Origin: Acidobacteria bacterium SCN 69-37
GTDB lineage: Bacteria; Acidobacteriota; Vicinamibacteria; Vicinamibacterales; SCN-69-37
Direction of reading: 5' to 3'
NCBI GenBank assembly: GCA_001724025.1
Contig: MEDJ01000019.1
Coordinates: 94,359 to 158,358 of the forward strand
DNA length: 64,000 nt
Shown here in pieces: positions 8,834 to 16,986 of this stretch. Both the position numbers and the translations under genes were made by a program. The stretch's first letter is position 1. Each line of letters begins with the position of its first letter. The notes beneath the pieces were generated by a model that ran no database searches, was not told the DNA's origin, and saw only the letters and a program-made list of their open reading frames with translations.

Positions 8834-10017
8834 GGCAATTCCGATTCACTGCTGATTTTCATATCGCCGATGCCAAACAACAGATTGTAGAGGGGCGTTT
8901 CCTCGAAGTAGAAGCCGCGCAGCTGCTTGAACCTGATGACCGCAAGGCAGGCGTTGAGTGCATTCAGTTCAGCAATCTGAATGTTCGCCCGATAGACGTC
9001 GTCCGGCCGGTCGGCGAGATCGACCAACTGCTTGTCCCGAACGATCTGCGCATTGGCGGCGGAGAAATACGTAACGCGCACCATGCCATTCAGAGCGCCA
9101 CGTTTTCGGTTGAGGCCCATGCCGACATCGATGAAAGGGATCTTCTTCGCGATGAGAGCGTCGATGATCCCCGCGCGAGCAGAACCCTTGTCGACGCAGA
9201 CGAATGCGAACGTGACTCCGTCGAGGTCATCGGCTGATTGCGGATCGATGAATTTGGGCGCTGTTGACAGACCGTGACGAAAATTCTCATAGCGAGCCTG
9301 GTAAACGACACTCTTGTGCTTGCCGAACTCTGCTTCCTCGACGCGACCGGGAGAGCGAAATGCGTTATGCACGTAGTAGAAATCCAGATCGAACGAGCGA
9401 ATCTCGCGCACCGGAGTCTTGACGATGAAGTCCAGCACGTAGGCACCCGTGCCGCCGAGACCAATCACGGCGATGATGTCGTCCTTGAACCTCGCGACGA
9501 GATCCGTGATTTCCGCTCTGCTCGTCAGCGTGTCATGGAACCTAAAAATGCTATCGGGCGCCACCTGTTCAACCGAGCGAAACGTGTAGGGGTTGGCGCC
9601 GTGCCTTTCAATGGCTGGACCGGAAATAATGGCGACGTAACTCTCGATCTTGTCGAAGAAATCAGCAAATGCTCCGGTCGCCTTCGGTTTGTTGGAGAAG
9701 GACCGCTGAACGACCACGTCGTTACAGGCGTCGCTTAGAGTGACCTGACAAGTACCGCCGCCGAGATTCGGGATCGGATTCCCATCGAGACCGTGCGGCA
9801 CGGATCCGGCGAAGAAGACCTGATGGTCATCCTGCCTGACTCGATCCAGATCGAGGAACACGAGTTTCGCAACCAGAGCGCCAGTCTGAAGTGCGCCGGC
9901 CGCGTCGAGATACGGAATGTCGCGCACGACGAGATGGTTCGTGTCGAACGCGACCGCGTGGCCCTTTTCGACGAGCCGGCGGAGGTCGTCGTTACGACTG
10001 ACCAGTCTCTGAAACAT
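8830..10017 (-). CDS. ThiF/E1-like adenylyltransferase with ~170-aa N-terminal (possibly E2-like) extension
   Basis: Rossmann nucleotide loop IAVIGLGGTGAYVLDF. The N-terminal extension contains HQVFFAGSVPHGLDGNPIPNLGGGTCQ. It is translationally coupled to both neighbours. Confidence 0.8.
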   Translation of the reverse strand: MFQRLVSRNDDLRRLVEKGHAVAFDTNHLVVRDIPYLDAAGALQTGALVAKLVFLDLDRVRQDDHQVFFAGSVPHGLDGNPIPNLGGGTCQVTLSDACNDVVVQRSFSNKPKATGAFADFFDKIESYVAIISGPAIERHGANPYTFRSVEQVAPDSIFRFHDTLTSRAEITDLVARFKDDIIAVIGLGGTGAYVLDFIVKTPVREIRSFDLDFYYVHNAFRSPGRVEEAEFGKHKSVVYQARYENFRHGLSTAPKFIDPQSADDLDGVTFAFVCVDKGSARAGIIDALIAKKIPFIDVGMGLNRKRGALNGMVRVTYFSAANAQIVRDKQLVDLADRPDDVYRANIQIAELNALNACLAVIRFKQLRGFYFEETPLYNLLFGIGDMKISSESELP

Positions 10018-10243
10018 TGAAGATCATCCCGTCCTTCACCTTGACCGACCCGCCGGGCGAGAGGATGCCCTCCGGCTTGTTGCCGTGACCCCGGGTGTAC
10101 GTCACGGCGTACGTGATCTCCGGGTGCTGAGCGTAGTCAGGGACCTCCAGAGTGACGACCTCCGCGTAAGTGATCTCCTCCTTCGGCCACTCGTGCGGCG
10201 TGCCTTCCACAATGATCGTGACTGTCTTCTTGTCGGCTGCCAT
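9992..10243 (-). CDS. Multiubiquitin-type single beta-grasp (Ubl) protein
   Basis: KKTVTIIVEGTPHEW...VTYTRGHGNKPEGILSPGGSVKVKDGMIFNVSETGQS. Start set at ATG 10243, which follows AAGGGAGAA. The upstream ATG at 10270 would lie inside the operator. Confidence 0.7.
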   Translation of the reverse strand: MAADKKTVTIIVEGTPHEWPKEEITYAEVVTLEVPDYAQHPEITYAVTYTRGHGNKPEGILSPGGSVKVKDGMIFNVSETGQS

Positions 10244-10268
10244 GGGCTGTTCTCCCTTGAGATCCACC

Positions 10269-10315
10269 ATCGCATTTTTGCGATGTCTTTGTCAACGCAA
10301 TTTTGCGATATTCAG
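10269..10315 (-). promoter_or_regulatory. Promoter/operator element, copy A (twin of 26210-26255)
   Basis: Minus strand reads CTGAATATCGCAAAATTGCG-TTGACA-AAGAC-ATCGCAAAAATGCGAT. It contains two palindromes (CGCAA-AA-TTGCG and ATCGCA-AAAA-TGCGAT) around a TTGACA -35 box. It ends 26 nt before the Ubl start codon. Confidence 0.55.
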
Positions 10316-10405
10316 CTGGACCATTGAGCGGCCTGAGAGGCACACAGGTCTGTGGTGCGGGGCGGTGAATCGGCGACTCGGGCGCGGTGTAGGCCGCCTA
10401 TCCGT

Positions 10406-11539
10406 TTAGTTAAAGGCGGTGAGCACAGCACGCTCGGCTTCGGCTGGCGGGATTCTCTCCTGCTCGAGCATCCATGGCCCTGCCACGACCGCGTTCAAAG
10501 CCTCTCGCTCGACATCGGTCAGATGCGAGTGGCGGGCGGATGCGTCTCGTTGACCCGGTAACGCAAGATGCCTCCATCGACACCAGGCGGTGTGGTCCAT
10601 CAGCAGGCTTCGGACTTGCGGAAAGCTTGATCGGAGCCCCGAGAGAATGCCGTACCCGGCTTCATCGCAATCACCCCAATAGACGATCTGAGTCGACGCC
10701 ATCCAACGGCACGCCGGGAGTATCGATGCCGCCTTGCCTGACCCAAAGATGGCTAACGTGCGAGGGATCTCGGGCAGGCACAGAAACACGTCCCGATTCT
10801 CGACTACGAGTACACGCTCCGGGACCCATGAGATATTCGCAAAACTTGGCGCCGGCACGGAGCAATCATCGACTGGCCAGCCGACGCGTTCCCGAAGCCG
10901 CTGATCCAAGAAGCGAAAGCGAACCGGCGCCGGATCTGCCAAAAGGTGAAAGCGCTCGGCGAACGTCGCGCCCTCTACGTTGACGCGATCGCCCAGCACC
11001 ACATCGAGCAGCTCGCGAAGAATCCCGGCGTGTTCTTCAACGAACTTCGTCCCAGCTGGCAGCGGTATCTGGCGCGCGAAACACCGTGGCGTTGGATTGG
11101 CATCAAAGTATGCGCAGACAGCAACCAGAGCTGGCCACTCTTCAAGGTAGTCAACGATACGGTGCGCTCTCGCGCGCACCCATGGCTCCAGCGCCGGACA
11201 CGACTCCCGCGCTCTACGAACCGCGTCGTGGAACGCTTCAAACTCGCGCGAGCGGCCCAAAGCCGCCGCCATGTCATCGGCTGACCCAAATGTGATTCGC
11301 ATCGGCCAGCGTTGACGTCCCCACTTGCGCGTTTGAATTTCCTGCCATTCGATTTGCCATTCATGATGGGTCGCCGCCAACGCCTCGATGTCGCGCTTCA
11401 ATTCCGCAAAGTCGGCGGTGGTCCGGGGACGGCCGAACGGAATCTGCAGAGGAAACAGACTCTCGCCAGCTGCCTCCGCGCGCAGGACAGCTGGCCACCT
11501 GCTTAGCGCTCCTTCGAGAATATCTTCTGGCTTTAGCAT
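10406..11539 (-). CDS. jetD: Wadjet JetD (DUF3322 + Toprim/DUF2220 nuclease subunit)
   Basis: Toprim-like VLVVENRDVF and YWGDCDEAGYGIL. Last gene of the jetABCD order. Confidence 0.85.
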   Translation of the reverse strand: MLKPEDILEGALSRWPAVLRAEAAGESLFPLQIPFGRPRTTADFAELKRDIEALAATHHEWQIEWQEIQTRKWGRQRWPMRITFGSADDMAAALGRSREFEAFHDAVRRARESCPALEPWVRARAHRIVDYLEEWPALVAVCAYFDANPTPRCFARQIPLPAGTKFVEEHAGILRELLDVVLGDRVNVEGATFAERFHLLADPAPVRFRFLDQRLRERVGWPVDDCSVPAPSFANISWVPERVLVVENRDVFLCLPEIPRTLAIFGSGKAASILPACRWMASTQIVYWGDCDEAGYGILSGLRSSFPQVRSLLMDHTAWCRWRHLALPGQRDASARHSHLTDVEREALNAVVAGPWMLEQERIPPAEAERAVLTAFN

Positions 11540-11556
11540 GCAGACCTTGCGGGCCC

Positions 11557-14500
11557 TTAGGCAGGAGACGCTGGCGATGGCGGGGACTGCAACGCTTCTG
11601 ACTGCAGGCCGTTGGCTTCAGGTCCAGCCTCAACTTGCTCCCGAGTCAGCGCAATCAGCCGCGAACTGTTCCCTGACGGGTTCGAAGCCAAGTGAATCGT
11701 GCGAACAAACGGCACGGCGAGCTTCGCTTTCGCGTCGAATGGTCCGACGATGAGCAGCTGGAATCCAAGCTGAGAGAACAGCTGCATCGCGCGAGTGGAA
11801 TTCGATTCGTCCGTGCGCGAGAACGCTTCATCAATAACCACGAGGCGGAAGTTGGGAGCGTCCTGAGCAGCCGTGGACAGACCGTACTGCGCGGACAAAG
11901 CCGATGCGAGAATCGTGAAGGCGAGCTTCGCCTTTTGTCCTCCAGATTTGCCCGTCGTCGCGGCGTAGTAGTTGACCTCGACGTCGTCCGACCTACGCAA
12001 CTCTCGGACGCCAGCGGCAAACCATGTACGAACGTCCGTCACGCGTTGCGTCCCCTCAGGATCGCGTTGGAACTGTTCCAGGAGCAGGCGGACACGCTCG
12101 AAGATTCGCAGGCGCTCATCCGGTGCCGGCGCGATGCCATGTTCAAAACAGTCGCGCAAAGACCGGCGAAACTCAGCGACCTCATGTCCAGGGCGGCTCA
12201 CCAACCGCAGTTGGACGTATGTGTCGTCGGCGTAATCGATACCGCGTAGAGCCTCATTGATCTCCTCTATTCGGCCCTCGATCGCCTCCTGATGCTCCTC
12301 AAGACGGCGATTGAGCATCAACAGGTCACCTACGAGGTTTTCGTTCAGGTAGTGTTCGAACCGTTCCCTATGACGCGGTAGGTCTTCCTCCTCGATGCGA
12401 TGAAGTACGGCGGCGAAACTGTCGGCGTAGGCGCGGCCCACTTCAAGCGTTTGGCGGAAGTCAGGAAACTGACCTAGGAATTCGCTCATGCCCGCGACCA
12501 TCTTCTCGACGGCTTCGTTCACTCGACGCTGTTCATTGCTGATGCGCCCCTGCAGGCTCTGATGGGCGGAATGTGTGAGCTGATCGGCGTTCTCGAGTGT
12601 GAGGGGAGGCAGGCCTGCGGTGATATCGGCAAAGGCCGCCTCCAACCCGTCGTGATCGAAGCCGCTCAAGTCAGCAAGTTGCTGCTCACGGTCGGAGGTG
12701 CGACGTTGACAAGCTTCCAGCCGGTCGCGCACACGTCCGAGTTCCCCGTCGCGTTCACGCAGGTCATCCTCCCCGGCCTGGATGGCAGTATCAATATTCC
12801 GCAACCGTTCCTGGAGAGCTCGAAGTTCTTTCGAGCTCCGCTCTAAGAGGTCTTGCTCGGTCCGTAACCGCATGACCTCGTGGAGCCAGTGCTCAGGATC
12901 TATCTCAATAAAATCACGGATCGCCAACAGCTCGCGGGCGGCGCTCGCACGTTCCCGCGCTGCGCCCGCGCTCCGACCTGCCGCTGTGGCGGCGTTGGCT
13001 TCGGCTAGGGCTCGTTCTTCCGCTTCGCGAATCTGAAGGCGGAGGGCGGCGATCTTGCGGTCCGTCGACCAGCCGAGAATTCTGGCACTGTAATCGTCGA
13101 CGCGCCTGCCATCATCCTTGACATGCCGAGTGCCTTCACGAATTAGGCCCTCGCGCGTGAGACCGCGGTCCACGCCTTCGAGTTCCACAATTGACGCGCA
13201 ACATCGATGATTAAATCGGCGCACTAGCTCATTCGCCACCCATAGATGCAGCGGATGGTCTATCCGAAATTCAAGCCGCCCCGGCACGCGATCGTTCGAC
13301 AAGCTCGGTGGTCCGACATGTTGATCCGGCACACGATGAAAGGTGAGACGCAGGCCGAGCAGCGTGGAGTTCACGAACTGGGCCGCCGGCCTGTACAAAT
13401 GTTCAGGGACCAAGAGGGACAACCCAAAGCCGCGAAGTAGGCGTTCAATCGCGCCGGTCCAATCCTCGTACGTGTTTCGAACCTCTATCAGCTCACCCGC
13501 GAAAGGCATCGCCTCAGTGCCCACCCCGACTACCTGCGCGATGCGGGCACGAACTGCCAGAAACTCTCGAGGAATATTCACGCGATGGCGTTCGACACTT
13601 TCGAGTTCGGCGGCCTTTTCAACGCGTACCTCAAGTGCCAATTCCTGAGCGTGTCGTCTGGCGGCACGCAGCTCGTCCGCCTCGCTCGCCGCGACGCTTT
13701 CCACGCGCTCGCGTTCCTCCCATCCAACGCGAGCACCGACGAAAGCTGCGGCGTCAGCCAATGAAGAAATCGCGGCAAGCAGCTGCGCCGCAGGTTCGAC
13801 ACGCGTGCGGCGATGCTGCGCGTTCAGTCGCGCTTGTTCGGCGTGGTGCAGTTCGCGCTCGATGGCTTGGAGGCGCGGCCCAACGTCAGTCTGTGCGATA
13901 GCGGCATTGACATCGTCGCGTTCACGTCGGTGGTCGGCTAGACGCGAAGCGACCATTGCGCGCGCGGCCTCTGACGATGCGACCACGGTCGCGAGTTCAA
14001 TGGCATGGGCTCGAAGCAGTGCCAAGTGGCGGCTCGCGAAGTAGGGGATTGCAAGCTCCTGCAGCTGTCTCCAGACCTCGATCCGCTGCTCACCGTCGGA
14101 GATGCGACGACCGCGTTCGGCTACGGGACCGAGTAGGGCAATCTGACGTTCAGCGCGCTCGATCGCTGCCCAGCAATCGAGGAGCGTCCTGTAATGGGGC
14201 TGGACGGTATCGCGGATAAACGAGAATGTGTCAGCGGCCGGCAACATGAACTGCCGAACGAATGCGTCGATGTCGCTGACCTCCTTCATGCCGATCGCCC
14301 GGTTGAACACTTCAAGCGCCTTGTCGCCTGGAATATGCAGCAGACTGCGCATCCTTTCCGCGTAGGCGGCGAAGCTGTCCTCGACCTGCCAACCATTACG
14401 GCGGGCCGCCCGTCGGATTTCACTCGTGTTGGTATGTCCTTCGATCAGGTCGCTCAAACTTCGGCGACCTTGCGCCACCGCGTAAACCTCGCGAACCTGC

Positions 14501-14940
14501 TCTTCGTGCTCCCAAAGGACCTGTGCAAGCGTCGCTGAAAGCTGACGCTGACCGTCCGTGAACACCGCCGCGATTGCGCTGAGGGCCCCGGCCTCGCGAA
14601 GATGCTGCGTCGTAGGAGCAGTTGAATCGACGGTGCTGGAGCTCGCCCAAGCGCCTCGAACATACGAACGCCGCGTGCGATCGCGCCCGCCTGGGCGACG
14701 ACCGTCGCCGGACGCATCGTTGTAGTTCAGGATCCGGGGTGGTACGAGCAACGTTCGTAACGCATCGATGGCGGTGGACTTTCCTGAGCCATTGTCGCCG
14801 ACGAGCAAAGCCCAGCCACCACGCGGCTCAAGCGTCTGCGCTTGGCCATGGAAGGTCCCCCAATTCCACAGTTCCAGCCGCTCCAGTCGAAAGCCGGACT
14901 CCATGTGGGGACGAGTGTCCTCAAACTCCTCGTTCGACAT
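11557..14940 (-). CDS. jetC: Wadjet JetC (SMC/MukB-like ATPase)
   Basis: 1127 aa. N-terminal FRLERLELWNWGTFHG...LLVGDNGSGKST, a long coiled-coil middle, and C-terminal KLAFTILASAL...LVVIDEAF (signature motif and Walker B). An alternative start at ATG 14904 would remove the 20-nt overlap with jetB. Confidence 0.85.
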   Translation of the reverse strand: MSNEEFEDTRPHMESGFRLERLELWNWGTFHGQAQTLEPRGGWALLVGDNGSGKSTAIDALRTLLVPPRILNYNDASGDGRRPGGRDRTRRSYVRGAWASSSTVDSTAPTTQHLREAGALSAIAAVFTDGQRQLSATLAQVLWEHEEQVREVYAVAQGRRSLSDLIEGHTNTSEIRRAARRNGWQVEDSFAAYAERMRSLLHIPGDKALEVFNRAIGMKEVSDIDAFVRQFMLPAADTFSFIRDTVQPHYRTLLDCWAAIERAERQIALLGPVAERGRRISDGEQRIEVWRQLQELAIPYFASRHLALLRAHAIELATVVASSEAARAMVASRLADHRRERDDVNAAIAQTDVGPRLQAIERELHHAEQARLNAQHRRTRVEPAAQLLAAISSLADAAAFVGARVGWEERERVESVAASEADELRAARRHAQELALEVRVEKAAELESVERHRVNIPREFLAVRARIAQVVGVGTEAMPFAGELIEVRNTYEDWTGAIERLLRGFGLSLLVPEHLYRPAAQFVNSTLLGLRLTFHRVPDQHVGPPSLSNDRVPGRLEFRIDHPLHLWVANELVRRFNHRCCASIVELEGVDRGLTREGLIREGTRHVKDDGRRVDDYSARILGWSTDRKIAALRLQIREAEERALAEANAATAAGRSAGAARERASAARELLAIRDFIEIDPEHWLHEVMRLRTEQDLLERSSKELRALQERLRNIDTAIQAGEDDLRERDGELGRVRDRLEACQRRTSDREQQLADLSGFDHDGLEAAFADITAGLPPLTLENADQLTHSAHQSLQGRISNEQRRVNEAVEKMVAGMSEFLGQFPDFRQTLEVGRAYADSFAAVLHRIEEEDLPRHRERFEHYLNENLVGDLLMLNRRLEEHQEAIEGRIEEINEALRGIDYADDTYVQLRLVSRPGHEVAEFRRSLRDCFEHGIAPAPDERLRIFERVRLLLEQFQRDPEGTQRVTDVRTWFAAGVRELRRSDDVEVNYYAATTGKSGGQKAKLAFTILASALSAQYGLSTAAQDAPNFRLVVIDEAFSRTDESNSTRAMQLFSQLGFQLLIVGPFDAKAKLAVPFVRTIHLASNPSGNSSRLIALTREQVEAGPEANGLQSEALQSPPSPASPA

Positions 14941-15499
14941 GATTCGTGAGCCGGCTTCTCACTTCCTCCAGTTCCGCGGGGCCGAAACGAGCTTTCAGGA
15001 TTCGCATTACCTCGAAGGTCTCTGCCTCCGGGGGTCCAAAGGCTCTCAGAAACGCCAACTCCTCGAGGCGGCCGATGGCAGTATCGATTCTCCTGATATC
15101 TCGAATCTGGTTATTCGTTTCACGCACGAACTGGCTGACCAGCTCACGCAGTTGCTGCCGCGTCAGAACCAGCCTAGTTGAGTCTCCGGCGGACGCATCG
15201 AAACGGGCCAGTTCTTCGCGCAAGCAGACCAGGAGCAGAGTAGCCGTGTATCCGAGTGACTGTCGGCGGCCGATTCGCGGCACCGACTCCCCACCCTCGA
15301 CTTCGATTTGGCGCAAGAATGCATAGCCCTCAGCTTCATCGACTACGACCTCCTGCCCAATCTGCCGAAAGTAGTGCGCGATTGCGTCACGCTCTCCTCG
15401 CAGCGCCTCCCACAGCGACTCATCTTCTCGGTAGATTGGTTCGAGTAGTAGTCGGGCCAAGACAAACGAGCGCGACGCGAACAGTGAGTGTGTATCCAT
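14921..15499 (-). CDS. jetB: Wadjet JetB (DUF4194, kleisin-associated)
   Basis: 192 aa, located between jetA and jetC. Sequence LLLEPIYREDESLWEALRGERDAIAHYFRQIG...YTATLLLVCLRE is typical of DUF4194. Confidence 0.8.
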   Translation of the reverse strand: MDTHSLFASRSFVLARLLLEPIYREDESLWEALRGERDAIAHYFRQIGQEVVVDEAEGYAFLRQIEVEGGESVPRIGRRQSLGYTATLLLVCLREELARFDASAGDSTRLVLTRQQLRELVSQFVRETNNQIRDIRRIDTAIGRLEELAFLRAFGPPEAETFEVMRILKARFGPAELEEVRSRLTNHVERGV

Positions 15500-15507
15500 G
15501 AGTAGCC

Positions 15508-16968
15508 CTACTGCGCACGTGTAAACAGGACTTCAGGCACCCGCCACAGCTCGTCCAAACCGGCTCCAGTCACGATCTGCACCTCGGCAAACTGGTCACC
15601 CGGGACGTAGTGTTGCGCATCCTGCATGGCGACGACGAGATAGCCCACAACTTCCAGGATGCCTTCGCGCGGTGGGAATCGTTGGAGAACCTGCGACAGC
15701 AGAACGGACTCTGTGGCTACGAGGCATGAACGCACTTGCTCGCGAAGCCTGGTCAGATTCAAATCCACCAACGCACGAAAGCGGTTCACCATTTCCCAAT
15801 CCAGTCCCTGAGCGGCAAATGTGAGGTCGTCTGTAACCTGACCCGCTGCGTCGGGCTGCCAGAACGGTCGACTGAACGTGGTAAACGCTTCCGGCGGCCC
15901 AGCAAGATTGAAGAAATCATCCTCAGGCGGCGGCGAAGCGCGACAGACGAGCGCTAACCGCTGCGTCTCTCGTATTAACTCACGAAGACGCCTATCCTCG
16001 CCTGTGGCTGCACTCTCAAGCGCTCGTCGCAACGTCGCCGCCATTCGCTCGTTCGAGCGCACGACCCGCTCTCCTTCGACCAGCAGTCGGCTTGAGAGTC
16101 GGTCGAGGAGCCGATTGGCTCGTAACCCTTCGTCGATCGCGTCCATCCGGTACACTTGACGCGTCAACTCTCGCCATCGTTGTTGCCGTTCGGGCGACGA
16201 CAGCAAGTTCCAGAACGCGTAGAAGCTTTGACCTTGAGACGAATCCTTCAGCGCGGCGTGAGTGTCAAGAAGCTGACCGACAATGCGGCCCTTTGTGGCC
16301 CCAGGCTTGGTCTGAGCCTCCGCTAGTGCCCGCGCGACGTCCTTGAAGTTCTCCTCAAGCTGCCGAAAGTCGCCGGCGAGTCCGCGTGCCAGATCAAGGG
16401 CGTTCGCGAATCGTTCAGTCAACTGAACGGCCGTATAGGCCTCGGCAGTGTGAGTCTGTTCGATGGAGTCGATCTGCGCCTGTAGGGCAGCCTGCTGCGC
16501 GCGTAAAGCTGCCACGCGTCGGCTTGCATCGGGCGTCGAGAACAAGACGATCTCTTCGAGTTGACGGAAGATCAGCTCCAGTCGAGATTCGGCACCGACA
16601 AACGGCCGCGCCTGTAAGTCCTCTAACCACTGCATCGCGCGCTCTGCGGCCGTGGTGAGCTCGAAGACAGGTTCCTCTGCTTCATTGCTATATAGCTTCT
16701 TGAGGAGCAGTTGCTCGTTGCCGCACCAGGCGGCCAGGTATTCGGCTGCGGTCTGAGCGTACGCACCTGGCCTTTGAGCACGAGCCTCGTCGAGAAAATT
16801 GTCCAAGCGAGCGCGGAGGTGCGATTCCGGGACGGCTATTGCGTGATGCTCTTTGAAGGCTCGGTGGAGGAAGGTTAGCGTGAGCGCAGCATTCGGACTC
16901 CGCAGCAGCCGGACCGCGGCATGGTCCATCAGTCTTTGCGTCTCGATAAAATCCCACGCTGTGTTCAT
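15508..16968 (-). CDS. jetA: Wadjet JetA (DUF3375, kleisin-like)
   Basis: 486 aa. N-terminal AAVRLLRSPNAALTLTFLHRAFKE... fits the DUF3375 pattern. It lies at the head of the jetABCD order. Confidence 0.85.
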   Translation of the reverse strand: MNTAWDFIETQRLMDHAAVRLLRSPNAALTLTFLHRAFKEHHAIAVPESHLRARLDNFLDEARAQRPGAYAQTAAEYLAAWCGNEQLLLKKLYSNEAEEPVFELTTAAERAMQWLEDLQARPFVGAESRLELIFRQLEEIVLFSTPDASRRVAALRAQQAALQAQIDSIEQTHTAEAYTAVQLTERFANALDLARGLAGDFRQLEENFKDVARALAEAQTKPGATKGRIVGQLLDTHAALKDSSQGQSFYAFWNLLSSPERQQRWRELTRQVYRMDAIDEGLRANRLLDRLSSRLLVEGERVVRSNERMAATLRRALESAATGEDRRLRELIRETQRLALVCRASPPPEDDFFNLAGPPEAFTTFSRPFWQPDAAGQVTDDLTFAAQGLDWEMVNRFRALVDLNLTRLREQVRSCLVATESVLLSQVLQRFPPREGILEVVGYLVVAMQDAQHYVPGDQFAEVQIVTGAGLDELWRVPEVLFTRAQ

Positions 16969-16986
16969 AGAGCCACGTTGAAACAG

